This document shows positions 16,462 to 26,080 of a stretch of DNA of 32,000 bases, in pieces. The notes beneath the pieces are model-generated. The model worked only from the letters and a program-made list of their open reading frames with translations. It was not told the origin of the DNA and did not search any database. Each line of letters starts with the position of its first letter. Position 1 is the first letter of the stretch. The stretch spans positions 1,680,001 to 1,712,000 of the forward strand of contig NC_020304.1 in the NCBI RefSeq assembly GCF_000341395.1, in the 5' to 3' direction. The stretch is from Desulfocapsa sulfexigens DSM 10523. Lineage in GTDB: Bacteria > Desulfobacterota > Desulfobulbia > Desulfobulbales > Desulfocapsaceae. A program made the position numbers and the translations under genes.

Positions 16462-17051
16462 TTGCTGAGCCGCTGTTTCAGGATTTCTTTGCGCTGCTCA
16501 AATGCCTGGGTGTATTGGTCATTCAGGTTGGCCTGAGCCTGGGACCATTCCTTTTGATACTGGGGGTGTCTCGTTGGGTCGATTTTCATTGGGTCGCCGC
16601 TTTCCCCGGTCTGTTCCTGAAGTTGCTGCGCCAGCTGGGCCCTGATGGCATCTTCAAGCTGATGCTTTATCTGTTCTTTGTGCTGGGCGTATTGTTCCAG
16701 GAGCTGGGTTAATTCGGTGCAGACAGATTGCACTTCATCGTCAGCTTCGTGAGAAAGATTGAGGAGACCGGAAAGAGCAGTAGCGCTGCTATTCATAAGC
16801 ATTTCATCTCGTGGTACCACAATGTTTCGGACCAGAGCCTTTACCATTCCACGTCTGACTGCCGCCTGATCCGTGGTTCCCTCCTGCTGCAGGAGTGCCG
16901 ACAGGTCTGATTGCTGTCCGTTCATGAAATCTGTAACCAGGCGCATTCCCTGTTTTTCGTCTTCCTGATCTGCAGGCACGTCCCCAGCACGTGCAGCCAT
17001 CCTTGCCGCACGCTCCATAACCATATCCAGAGTACTTCGTATCTCAGCCAT
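16458..17051 (-). CDS. Hypothetical Q/E-rich helical protein, translationally coupled to the peptidase gene
   Basis: ATG at 17051 (MAEIRSTLDMVMERAARM...). The stop overlaps the pepP-like ATG (ATGA at 16458-16461). The track's longer start at 17126 adds an implausible leader. Confidence 0.7.
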   Translation of the reverse strand: MAEIRSTLDMVMERAARMAARAGDVPADQEDEKQGMRLVTDFMNGQQSDLSALLQQEGTTDQAAVRRGMVKALVRNIVVPRDEMLMNSSATALSGLLNLSHEADDEVQSVCTELTQLLEQYAQHKEQIKHQLEDAIRAQLAQQLQEQTGESGDPMKIDPTRHPQYQKEWSQAQANLNDQYTQAFEQRKEILKQRLSK

Positions 17052-17249
17052 AATGTCCTGTTTAAAGTATAATAAAAAAGAAAAAAACCTGATGCTCTTT
17101 GTACCATAGGAGATCGATATCTTCATTGAAAATAACAGCCATGGTCTTGATGATACAATGCAGGAAATATACCGGGTTTGGGGACGATATGGGAGAAGGT
17201 TTTGAGCCTACGACTTTGGGGCTAAATATGCCTGAGGCAATATTTCTTA

Positions 17250-18632
17250 TTATCTTTTAAGGGTCTTAAGTGATGCTTCTGCTAACCGCTTCAGTCTGGC
17301 GCCGAAAAATCCATCAATTTCATTCCCAGGTAATGGTGCGAAAAAGTTTTTATTGCAAAGTGAGTGGGCTTTGGACGGAAGGGAGGCTGAGCATTCTTCC
17401 AGGATAAAATCTGTATTGGCTGCCAGAAAGCGTTCGATGACCTGCTCATTTTCTTCCTCCTGAAGGGAACAGGTTGCGTATACCAGAGTGCCACCAGGAA
17501 GAAGAAGAGTGGTCCCTGCTTGTAAAAGCTCAAGCTGAATTTCCTGATATCGGTTCAGATCTTCAGGCCGTCTGTTCCAGCGTATGTCGGGATGGCGACG
17601 AATAACACCGGTTCCAGAGCAGGGGGCGTCAAGTAGGATGCCGTGAAATCGTTTACTGGTTATAGTTGCGAGTTCCTGTAGTGTGCCGGAGAACAGGGGG
17701 ATGTCAAGATCAGGGTGAAGGCGTTTCATATTCTCGGTGAACCTGGTGCGGCGACCTTTGTCCGGCTCTGCTGCTGCAACACTCGCCATAGGAGTTTTTG
17801 CCATCTGGATCAGAACACTTGTCTTACCACCCACCCCAGCGCAGGCATCAAGATATTCACCTTTATCTGTCATGGGACCTACAAGATGTGCTAATAACTG
17901 AGCTCCCTGATCCTGAATCTGGAAATGTCCTTCAGTAAAACCGGGAATCTCATGGACAGTTCCATTAAAGTCTTCTAGAATCAGAGTATTGTAACAGTAT
18001 TTACCGGAATGGCTGTTTATGCCGTTCTGAGACAGAATTTTGCCAAATGTGTCTCTGTCGGTGACGCAGGAGTTGATTTGCAGACTGAGGGCAGCCTGAT
18101 CATTGTTTTGCCTGCAGATACGTAAGGTCTCAAGCCTGCCATATCGTTTTTCCCAACTTTTTGTCAGCCACTCGGGGTGGTTGAGGATGGGGCTGGCAGG
18201 GTTTTCAGTAAGGGAGAGTAGCTCCTCACGTTTACGAATGGCATTGCGCAACACGCCGTTGACGAATCCGTGAAGCCTTTTAGGCAAATGCATAGCCTGT
18301 AACGCTTTCACCGATTCATTGACCGCCGCAGATTCCGGGATGCGATCAAGGTACATGATCTGAAAAAGGCCAACTCTAAGGGCCTGGAGAACAAAAGGAT
18401 GGAATTTCTTGAGCGGTTGCCTGCAAAGATATTGCAGCATGATGTCGAGTGACTCCCGGTTACGAAGCAAACCGAAAATGAGATTTGCAGCTAATTGTCG
18501 GTCATTGTTTTCAAGAGGATGCTCGGTCAGTACGCTGGTAAAAATGGTATTGACTGGGGTTCGACTTTTTTGTAACTCACACAGAGTGGTAATTGCGACA
18601 AAACGGGCGGATTTGTTCCGTGGGGAAGGCAA
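17250..18632 (-). CDS. rsmB: 16S rRNA (cytosine-C5)-methyltransferase RsmB/Sun (NusB-like N-domain plus SAM MTase)
   Basis: NusB-like N-terminus, SAM motif DACAGVGGKT, catalytic DAPCSGTG and TCS motifs. The apparent start is TTG, so the start is uncertain. Confidence 0.9.
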   Translation of the reverse strand: MPSPRNKSARFVAITTLCELQKSRTPVNTIFTSVLTEHPLENNDRQLAANLIFGLLRNRESLDIMLQYLCRQPLKKFHPFVLQALRVGLFQIMYLDRIPESAAVNESVKALQAMHLPKRLHGFVNGVLRNAIRKREELLSLTENPASPILNHPEWLTKSWEKRYGRLETLRICRQNNDQAALSLQINSCVTDRDTFGKILSQNGINSHSGKYCYNTLILEDFNGTVHEIPGFTEGHFQIQDQGAQLLAHLVGPMTDKGEYLDACAGVGGKTSVLIQMAKTPMASVAAAEPDKGRRTRFTENMKRLHPDLDIPLFSGTLQELATITSKRFHGILLDAPCSGTGVIRRHPDIRWNRRPEDLNRYQEIQLELLQAGTTLLLPGGTLVYATCSLQEEENEQVIERFLAANTDFILEECSASLPSKAHSLCNKNFFAPLPGNEIDGFFGARLKRLAEASLKTLKR

Positions 18633-18646
18633 GGGGGCTGTTGTCC

Positions 18647-19027
18647 TCAGGATGTTGTGAGATTGTCAATGGCAGCAATAAGCTCTTCTATCGGAGACCC
18701 CTTAGAGATAAGCGATGGTGTGTTCTCACCTCTCGCCATATTTCCTGCTTCATCCGGGGTAACCATACCTGAAAGATAGAGAATTGGAATGCTGGATGTG
18801 GCAGAATTTTCTGCAAGCATGGACGCAATCTCAACACCGTGAGTGTCTGGCATGTTTATGTCAAGAATGGCAATATCCGGAAGTTCCTGAGTGATAAAAT
18901 TTAAAGCCTCGGCACCATTGGTGTTGTAACGTACAAGCATTCTTCCGGTGTCTTCAAGCTGCATTTTCAGCAGATCGCAGGCGTCCTGGTCATCATCAAT
19001 CAGTACAATGCGGGTTTGCGGGTCCAT
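18647..19027 (-). CDS. Single-domain response regulator (CheY-like receiver)
   Basis: DD pair and phospho-acceptor context DIAILDINMPDTHG. SD AGGAG. Confidence 0.9.
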   Translation of the reverse strand: MDPQTRIVLIDDDQDACDLLKMQLEDTGRMLVRYNTNGAEALNFITQELPDIAILDINMPDTHGVEIASMLAENSATSSIPILYLSGMVTPDEAGNMARGENTPSLISKGSPIEELIAAIDNLTTS

Positions 19028-19136
19028 TGTTCGGTCTCCTGAGTTATTTGTACATGTTTGTTCATTCTATCAGTAAGTTGCAGAAAAAGTAAGAGACTTT
19101 TTTCAAGAAGAGGCAGAAAAAGAAGAACAGGAACCT

Positions 19137-21059
19137 CTATGACTCCTTGTATACTATTTGGACATTGTTCAGATAGTCTTTTATTTGGACTGTAAGCTGA
19201 AAAGCGTGAGTCGTATCATTGTCTCTTGCCGCCTGTTCAAGGTTAAAACAGAGGTCCCCTAATTCCTTGAAACCATACATCCATGAAGTCCCTTTAATGG
19301 TATGGGATTGCTTGCGTAATTCTTCCAAGTCTCCTGATTCAATTATCTGAAAGAGTTTCTCTGCATCTGTTCTTTTGTTTTTAAGGAATCGTGGAATTAA
19401 ATTTTTGATTTTGGGATCAAGTGATACTCGTGGAATGGTGTTGGCCTGTAGTGTTCTTTTCCTTGGAGGAGGGTGGAGGCCTTCGTCAATTTTGGTGGAG
19501 TTGCTTTGTATGAGGTTAAGATGAGTGGAGATAGTGTGAATAAGAGTGGCCCTGCGAACAGGTTTGGTGAGATAGTCGGAACAGCCAGCATCCATGCATT
19601 TTTTCCGAAATCGAACAAAAGCATGGGCCGTGAGTGCAACGATTGGTGTAGGATCGAGCTTCTGCTCCCTTTCCCATAGCCTGAGGCGACGGGTCGCTTC
19701 GTAGCCATCCATAAGTGGCATTTCAATATCCATAAAGACCAGGTCAAATGGGGAGCGTTTAAATACATTCACAGCTTCTTCCCCATTTTCGGCAGTAACT
19801 AGAATAAAAGGCGTGTTACGTAAATAGAGGCAGAGCAGGTTACGGTTATCCTCATTATCATCGACAATCAGAATTCTTGCAGGGGGAAGAATATTACAGC
19901 TCGCTGGAAGTGGTGATCGTTCAACAGCAGGTTTCGGATCGGAAAGGGCAGGGCGGAAACTGCAGGTAAAAAAGAAGGTTGATCCCTGCCCGGGAACACT
20001 TTCAAGCCAGATTTTACCCTTCATGATTTTTGTGAGTTTCTGGCAGATGGTCAGGCCCAGGCCCGTTCCACCATATTTTCTGGTTGTAAGAGAGTCGGCC
20101 TGAGTAAAGCTGTTAAATATAAGTTCCTGCTTTTCAACAGGAATACCTATGCCGGTATCCTTGATCGAGAAGAGGAGTTTGGATTTGGAGTCTCTTGCTA
20201 CATTAATTGTAACCGTTCCGTTCTCAGTAAACTTGAGACCATTTCCCACAAGATTGATGAGGATCTGACGAAGTCTTGTAGGGTCGCCGCAGATTCCGTC
20301 AGGAACGTCCTCGTGAATGTGAACTGATAAGTGGGTGTTTTGTTCCACGGCTCGCACTGAAAGGATGGAGAGTACCGAATCAAGAAGAGATGGGAGGTGG
20401 AAATCAATGGCTTCAAGGTCTGTCTGGCCAGCCTCAATTTTTGAGAGGTCCAGGATGTCATTGATGATCTCGAGAAGGCTTTCCCCGGCAGAACGGAAGA
20501 TATGTACATAATTACGCTGCTCATCGCTGAGAGGCGTGTCGCTGAGAACTTCGGCCATACCGATGATAGAGTTCAATGGGGTGCGAATCTCGTGACTCAT
20601 GGAAGCTAGAAACTCGGTTTTCGAATGGCTGGCCTCATCGGAAAGTCTTATCAGGCGTTTGTTTTCGAGCAGTGTGTCATAGAGGTGAAGATGATTACGA
20701 ACCCGAGCCAGGAGCTCCTGGCGATTAAAAGGCTTGGTAATGTAATCATTTCCTCCCGCATTGAAACCTTCTACGATATCTTCTTTCTGGGAACGTGATG
20801 TGAGGAATATTATTGGAATGTCAGAGAATTTTTTGTCTTTTTTGAGTTTCCGGCACAGGGAGAAGCCATCCATTCCAGGCATCATTACATCGAGCAGAAT
20901 AATATCAGGTGACTGATTATGGAGATGTTGGAGAGCATCTCTGGAGTTGTTTCCGGTTATAACGGTATAGCCTTCCTCTTCGAGAATTCTGGAGAGAAGG
21001 ATAAGGTTCACCTTGTGATCGTCGACCACAAGAACAGTATGAGCTGTGGAATTTTTCAT
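19137..21059 (-). CDS. Hybrid histidine kinase: REC - HisKA - HATPase_c - REC - HPt, with no TM or recognisable sensor domain
   Basis: REC1 DIILLDVMMPGMDG, H-box SHEIRTPLNSIIG, N/G boxes (NLVGNGLKFT, DTGIGI, GGTGLGL), REC2 DLVFMDIEMPLMDG, HPt HTIKGTS. Confidence 0.95.
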   Translation of the reverse strand: MKNSTAHTVLVVDDHKVNLILLSRILEEEGYTVITGNNSRDALQHLHNQSPDIILLDVMMPGMDGFSLCRKLKKDKKFSDIPIIFLTSRSQKEDIVEGFNAGGNDYITKPFNRQELLARVRNHLHLYDTLLENKRLIRLSDEASHSKTEFLASMSHEIRTPLNSIIGMAEVLSDTPLSDEQRNYVHIFRSAGESLLEIINDILDLSKIEAGQTDLEAIDFHLPSLLDSVLSILSVRAVEQNTHLSVHIHEDVPDGICGDPTRLRQILINLVGNGLKFTENGTVTINVARDSKSKLLFSIKDTGIGIPVEKQELIFNSFTQADSLTTRKYGGTGLGLTICQKLTKIMKGKIWLESVPGQGSTFFFTCSFRPALSDPKPAVERSPLPASCNILPPARILIVDDNEDNRNLLCLYLRNTPFILVTAENGEEAVNVFKRSPFDLVFMDIEMPLMDGYEATRRLRLWEREQKLDPTPIVALTAHAFVRFRKKCMDAGCSDYLTKPVRRATLIHTISTHLNLIQSNSTKIDEGLHPPPRKRTLQANTIPRVSLDPKIKNLIPRFLKNKRTDAEKLFQIIESGDLEELRKQSHTIKGTSWMYGFKELGDLCFNLEQAARDNDTTHAFQLTVQIKDYLNNVQIVYKES

Positions 21060-21269
21060 TGCGGGATTCTACCATAGCAATCTTTAAAAGCATAGAGAAG
21101 AGAGCCCGCTCGGAGCAAGATTTAGCGGTAGATTTTTTTTTATTTATGATAGACATTCTTGATAACGATTGGTAGTATCATTGCAGTTTAACGATGGTTT
21201 GTAGAGATAGGTCTTTTTTTTTTATTAACCTATTGTAATTTTAAAATTTTTTCTACAGGAGAATGTTGC

Positions 21270-22292
21270 ATGAAAAAGATTACATGGGCACTTGTTGCCA
21301 CGGTTGTAACTCTTGTTATTTCTGCCGGATTTGCTCAGGCATCCACAAAAGAGGAAGTTCAGAAGCGTGGAGCCCTTCAGTGTGGTGTTTCAACTGGTCT
21401 TCCAGGGTTTTCCATCGCCGATGAAAAAGGTGCTTGGGCCGGTATTGACGTTGATGTCTGTAAAGCGATTGCTGCCGCCACACTTGGTGATGCAACCAAG
21501 ATTAAATTTGTACCATTGAACGCTAAAGAGCGTTTCACTGCTCTGCAGTCAGGTGAAATTGATGCTCTCGTACGTGGAACCACCTGGACTCTTACCCGTG
21601 ACTCTTCACTTGGTCTGAACTTCACTGGTGTAAACTACTATGATGGTCAGGGCTTTATGGTTTCCAAAAAGCTTGGCGTGAAATCAGCTCTGGAACTTAA
21701 TGGCGCTGCCGTCTGTATTCAGTCCGGGACCACCACCGAATTAAATCTTGCTGACTATTTCAAAGAAAACAACATGGAATACAAAGCGGTAGTTTTTGAT
21801 ACCCATGACGCAACTGCAGCGGCATTTGATAATGGCCGTTGTGATGTTCTTACCTCGGATCAGTCTCAGGTGTACGGACTGCGCACCCATCTTAAAGATC
21901 CAGAGGGAGCCGTTGTCCTTCCTGAAGTTATTTCTAAGGAACCTCTCGGACCGGTTGTACGTCAGGGGGATGATGCCTGGTTTAATATCGTTAAATGGAC
22001 CCTCAATGCAATGATTGAGGCTGAGGAGTACGGTGTAACGTCAGCCAACGTTGATGAGATGAAAGCAAATTCCAACAGCCCGGCTGTTCGCAGACTTCTT
22101 GGCCTCGAGGGAATTGGCGGTAAAGGACTTGGTCTCAACGATGATTGGGCCTACCAGATCATCAAGCAGGTTGGTAACTATGGTGAGATTTTTGAGCGCA
22201 ATGTTGGTGCTGGTTCTCCATTGAAGATTGCCCGTGGCCTGAATGCACTGTGGAGTAAAGGCGGCATTATGTATGCGCCTCCTGTTCGCTGA
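21270..22292 (+). CDS. aapJ: General L-amino-acid ABC transporter, periplasmic substrate-binding protein (AapJ/BztA type)
   Basis: Signal peptide, then a family-3 SBP of about 340 aa (GVSTGLPGFS..., ERFTALQSGEIDAL). SD AGGAG. Confidence 0.9.
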   Translation: MKKITWALVATVVTLVISAGFAQASTKEEVQKRGALQCGVSTGLPGFSIADEKGAWAGIDVDVCKAIAAATLGDATKIKFVPLNAKERFTALQSGEIDALVRGTTWTLTRDSSLGLNFTGVNYYDGQGFMVSKKLGVKSALELNGAAVCIQSGTTTELNLADYFKENNMEYKAVVFDTHDATAAAFDNGRCDVLTSDQSQVYGLRTHLKDPEGAVVLPEVISKEPLGPVVRQGDDAWFNIVKWTLNAMIEAEEYGVTSANVDEMKANSNSPAVRRLLGLEGIGGKGLGLNDDWAYQIIKQVGNYGEIFERNVGAGSPLKIARGLNALWSKGGIMYAPPVR

Positions 22293-22310
22293 TTCAGTTG
22301 TTGACTGAAA

Positions 22311-22347
22311 AAGGGACGCTTTCTGGATTGGAAAGTGTCCCTTTTTT
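22311..22347 (+). terminator. Strong rho-independent terminator/attenuator directly after aapJ
   Basis: 11-bp stem GGGACGCTTTC tggattg GAAAGTGTCCC followed by TTTTTT. Confidence 0.85.
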
Positions 22348-22372
22348 GTTTCGTATCCATGGTAGGAATGAA

Positions 22373-22431
22373 GACTCAAGGCAGAAGGCTGAAGGGTCAG
22401 CTTGAAATACTTCAGCCTTCTGCCTTCAGTC
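22373..22431 (+). repeat. Long perfect inverted repeat (intercistronic stem-loop) between aapJ and aapQ
   Basis: 17-bp perfect arms AAGGCAGAAGGCTGAAG (22378-22394) and CTTCAGCCTTCTGCCTT (22410-22426). They extend 4 bp further after one mismatch. The loop is 15 nt. Confidence 0.75.
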
Positions 22432-22451
22432 TATTACTTTAGGTAGTTACT

Positions 22452-23624
22452 ATGTCTAAAACATCTCAAAAACAGCATTGGTGGAATAATGCCCAGTATC
22501 GCTCCCTGTTCTTTCAGGTTGTGCTGGTGGCCATGCTTGCAGGATTCTTCTGGTTTATCGGAACGAATACCCTGGCCAATCTTGATAAGCGTGGAATCTC
22601 AACAGGATTTGGCTTTTTATCCTTAAAAGCCGGCTTTGGAATTCTTCAGAGTCTGGTCCCCTATGACGAGTCGTATACCTTCGGTCGAACCTTCCTGGTC
22701 GGTCTCTTGAACACACTACTTGTCTCGGGGCTCGGTATTATTTTCGCCACCATTATCGGTTTTACCGTTGGTGTGGCAAGGTTGTCCAATAACTGGCTGA
22801 TAGCAAAGCTGGCTGGGGTATATGTGGAGATGTTTCGTAATATTCCACTGTTGCTTCAGATATTTTTCTGGTATTTTGCTGTTCTTCGTAGCCTGCCATC
22901 CCCAAGACAGAGCTGGACTGCAGGAGAGATCGCATTCTTAAATATCCGAGGGATGTATCTTCCGCAGCCATTGTTAGGTGAGGGGTTTAGTTTTGTAATC
23001 TGGACCTTTGTTCTTGCAGTTGTGGCCACAGTCTTTATTAGAAGGTGGGCCAAAAAGCGTCAGGATGATACCGGGCAACAGTTCAAGATGTTCCGAGTGG
23101 CTTTTGCCCTGATCGTCGGCCTTCCGCTGCTGGTCTTTTTTGCACTTGGCTCGCCTCTTACCTGGGATGTTCCCAAACTGCAGGGCTTTAACTTTATTGG
23201 CGGGATGACGATTATTCCCGAACTCACTGCCCTGCTGGTGGCACTCTCTGTTTACACGGCAACCTTTATTGCTGAAGCTGTACGCTCAGGGATTCTCGCG
23301 GTAAGCAATGGTCAAACCGAAGCTGCGTCGGCCCTTGGTCTTCACAAGAGCAAGGTCTTGAAGCTGGTTGTAATTCCTCAAGCCATGCGGGTTATTATCC
23401 CACAGCTGACGTCTCAGTACTTGAACCTGGTGAAAAACTCATCCCTTGCTACTGCGATCGGGTATCCCGATCTGGTCGCTGTTTTTGCGGGAACCACACT
23501 TAATCAAACCGGTCAGGCCATTGAAATAATAGCCATGACGATGAGTGTTTATCTCTTTATCAGTTTGACTATTTCAGGATTCATGAACTGGTATAACAAG
23601 AAAATTATGTTGGTGGAGAGGTGA
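22452..23624 (+). CDS. aapQ: Amino-acid ABC transporter permease (AapQ/BztB type)
   Basis: 390-aa polytopic protein with the HisM/HisQ-type EAA loop (EAVRSGILAVSNGQTEAASALGL). Confidence 0.9.
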   Translation: MSKTSQKQHWWNNAQYRSLFFQVVLVAMLAGFFWFIGTNTLANLDKRGISTGFGFLSLKAGFGILQSLVPYDESYTFGRTFLVGLLNTLLVSGLGIIFATIIGFTVGVARLSNNWLIAKLAGVYVEMFRNIPLLLQIFFWYFAVLRSLPSPRQSWTAGEIAFLNIRGMYLPQPLLGEGFSFVIWTFVLAVVATVFIRRWAKKRQDDTGQQFKMFRVAFALIVGLPLLVFFALGSPLTWDVPKLQGFNFIGGMTIIPELTALLVALSVYTATFIAEAVRSGILAVSNGQTEAASALGLHKSKVLKLVVIPQAMRVIIPQLTSQYLNLVKNSSLATAIGYPDLVAVFAGTTLNQTGQAIEIIAMTMSVYLFISLTISGFMNWYNKKIMLVER

Positions 23625-23625
23625 T

Positions 23626-24729
23626 ATGACTATACATGTAACAGAACCAAGTCCCTCTTTGCCGGCACCAATAACTTCCGTAGGTGTTGTTGGCTGGCTG
23701 AGACAGAATTTGTTTTCTTCTCCCCTTAACACACTGTTCACCCTCGCAGGATTTTATCTGTTGTATAGTATTCTGCCACCAGCAATTAACTGGGCATTGT
23801 TTCAGGCAGACTGGGTGGGAACAACTAGGGAGGCGTGTACCAGCGATGGTGCATGTTGGGTTTTTGTCGGAGTACGGCTGGATCAGTTTCTCTTTGGTTT
23901 CTACCCACCTTCCGAGTATTGGAGAGTAGTGACAGCGTTTTCTCTAATTGGTGTACTTGTCGCCTGGCTGTTGATTGACCGTCTCCCTAGAAAAGGTCTG
24001 GTCGGTGCCTTTACAATTTTTTGTTATCCAGTCATCGCTTACTATCTTTTTTATGGTGGAGCGTTTGGACTGCCACTTGTGGAAACCTATAAGTGGGGTG
24101 GGCTGATGCTGACCCTGATCCTCGCCACAACCGGGATGTTCTTCTCCTTTCCCATCGGTATTCTGTTGGCCCTGGGGCGCAGGTCGTCAATGCCCATAGC
24201 GAAATCGATGTCTGTGGTCTTTATCGAGTTCTGGCGTGGAGTTCCGCTTATTACTGTTCTCTTTATGTCCTCGGTTATGCTTCCGATGTTTATTCCTGAG
24301 GAGATGCAGATTGATAAACTGCTCCGTGCAATGATCGGGATTATATTCTTCCAGTCTGCTTACATGGCAGAGGTTGTGCGTGGGGGGTTGCAGGCGATCC
24401 CCAAAGGGCAACTGGAAGCAGCAGAAGCCCTCGGACTTTCCTATTGGAAATCGATGTTTTTTATTATTCTGCCCCAGGCGTTAAAACTGGTTATCCCTGG
24501 GATAGTTAATACCTTTATTGCACTGTTTAAAGATACAACCCTGGTTCTGATTATAGGACTCTTTGATTTGCTCGCTGTGGTCCAGTCAGCCTTTGCCGAC
24601 CCCAAATGGCTTGGCTTTTCGGTGGAGGGTTACGTTTTTGTGGCAAGTGTATACTGGGTATCCTGTTTTTCCATGTCTCGATATTCTCAGTATCTGGAGA
24701 AAAAATTGCACCGTGGGCATGCACGATAG
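23626..24729 (+). CDS. aapM: Amino-acid ABC transporter permease (AapM/BztC type)
   Basis: 367-aa polytopic protein with EAA loop (AEVVRGGLQAIPKGQLEAAEALGL). It starts 1 nt after the aapQ stop. Confidence 0.9.
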   Translation: MTIHVTEPSPSLPAPITSVGVVGWLRQNLFSSPLNTLFTLAGFYLLYSILPPAINWALFQADWVGTTREACTSDGACWVFVGVRLDQFLFGFYPPSEYWRVVTAFSLIGVLVAWLLIDRLPRKGLVGAFTIFCYPVIAYYLFYGGAFGLPLVETYKWGGLMLTLILATTGMFFSFPIGILLALGRRSSMPIAKSMSVVFIEFWRGVPLITVLFMSSVMLPMFIPEEMQIDKLLRAMIGIIFFQSAYMAEVVRGGLQAIPKGQLEAAEALGLSYWKSMFFIILPQALKLVIPGIVNTFIALFKDTTLVLIIGLFDLLAVVQSAFADPKWLGFSVEGYVFVASVYWVSCFSMSRYSQYLEKKLHRGHAR

Positions 24730-24783
24730 TAGGGGGATAAGGCCATTTACAGGCAGGCACCAACTAAGATCAACATTAGATAA

Positions 24784-25560
24784 ATGAGTACAAATATGAC
24801 AGCTACACAAGGCAAGCAAGATACTTCAAATGACGTGATGGTGGAGTTGCGTAATGTCAATAAATGGTATGGTGATTTTCATGTCTTGAAGAACATCAAT
24901 CTGCAGGTATCCAAGGGAGAGCGCATTATTATCTGTGGTCCCTCGGGATGTGGTAAGTCGACGCTTATTCGCTGCATGAATCGTCTTGAAGAACACCAGA
25001 AAGGTGACATCATTGTTTCAGGAGTGACTCTTGATGACGACTTGAAACGTATTGACAGGGTACGTCGTGATATCGGCATGGTTTTTCAGCAGTTCAATCT
25101 TTTTCCTCATTTAACCGTTATGGAAAATTGCTGCCTTGCCCCTATCTGGGTTCAGAAGAAACCTCGAAGGGACGCTGAGGCCATTGCCATGAAATATCTT
25201 GAGCGAGTTCAGATCGCAGATCAGGCAAGTAAGTTTCCTGGACAACTTTCCGGTGGTCAGCAGCAGCGTGTTGCTATTGCCAGAAGTCTCTGTATGAATC
25301 CATCCATTATGCTTTTTGACGAGCCCACATCGGCACTTGATCCTGAGATGATCAAAGAGGTACTCGATGTTATGGTTGATCTTGCGCGGGAAGGAATGAC
25401 CATGCTCTGCGTTACCCATGAGATGGGATTTGCCAAGACCGTTGCTAACCGTGTTCTTTTTATGGATGCTGGGGAAATCATCGAAGAGAATGAACCCAAT
25501 GAATTCTTTGATAATCCTCAATCGGATCGAACTAAGCTCTTCCTGAGTCAGATCCTTTAG
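24784..25560 (+). CDS. aapP: Amino-acid ABC transporter ATP-binding protein (AapP/BztD type)
   Basis: Walker [10 protein letters not shown], signature LSGGQQQR, Walker [12 protein letters not shown]. The start could be ATG 24799 instead. Confidence 0.95.
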   Translation: MSTNMTATQGKQDTSNDVMVELRNVNKWYGDFHVLKNINLQVSKGERIIICGPSGCGKSTLIRCMNRLEEHQKGDIIVSGVTLDDDLKRIDRVRRDIGMVFQQFNLFPHLTVMENCCLAPIWVQKKPRRDAEAIAMKYLERVQIADQASKFPGQLSGGQQQRVAIARSLCMNPSIMLFDEPTSALDPEMIKEVLDVMVDLAREGMTMLCVTHEMGFAKTVANRVLFMDAGEIIEENEPNEFFDNPQSDRTKLFLSQIL

Positions 25561-25619
25561 GGGACTTTGCTTAATCGAAAAGTAGTTACCTGATAAACAA
25601 CGTATAAAGGAGTATTGCT

Positions 25620-25979
25620 ATGAAGAAAATATTGCTGATGATTCTATTTTTCGGCTTGATGGCCACTGCTTCTATAGTTTCTGCTCAGGAAGTTGTAGCA
25701 GAGGATGTTGCTGCACCTGAAAAGGCAACAGGTTGGCACAAGGCTGGAAAGGAAATCGGTGAAGCGGCTCATGCGGTTGGAGATGCCACAGCAGATTCCT
25801 CGAAGAAAGCATTGGAGGCAGCAAAGGAAGGTTCCAAAGAGGCCTGGGATGCAACTAAAGAAGAGTCAGAAAAGGCATGGAAATTAGCCAAAGAAAAGGG
25901 GAAAACCACCTGGGAAAAAGGGAAGGAAAAAATACATGATGCTACAGCGCCCACACCTGCCGTACCAGAAGGTGAGTGA
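25620..25979 (+). CDS. Small secreted Lys/Glu-rich protein with periodic Trp repeats
   Basis: Signal peptide MKKILLMILFFGLMATASIVSA. Mature part has repeats of the form x-x-W-x3-K-E (GWHKAGKE, EAWDATKE, KAWKLAKE, TTWEKGKE). SD AAGGAG. Confidence 0.7.
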   Translation: MKKILLMILFFGLMATASIVSAQEVVAEDVAAPEKATGWHKAGKEIGEAAHAVGDATADSSKKALEAAKEGSKEAWDATKEESEKAWKLAKEKGKTTWEKGKEKIHDATAPTPAVPEGE

Positions 25980-26020
25980 TCTTAAGTCCTGCTGTTAAGA
26001 AAGAGTTTTGGAGTAGAAAC

Positions 26021-26057
26021 AAAAACCCTCTTATACGATGAGTATGAGAGGGTTTTT
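26021..26057. terminator. Bidirectional terminator between convergent genes
   Basis: AAAAACCCTCT ... AGAGGGTTTTT (11-bp arms including A/T runs, 15-nt loop). Confidence 0.8.
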
Positions 26058-26080
26058 GTGCTTGTGTGAAAGTCGTTTTT

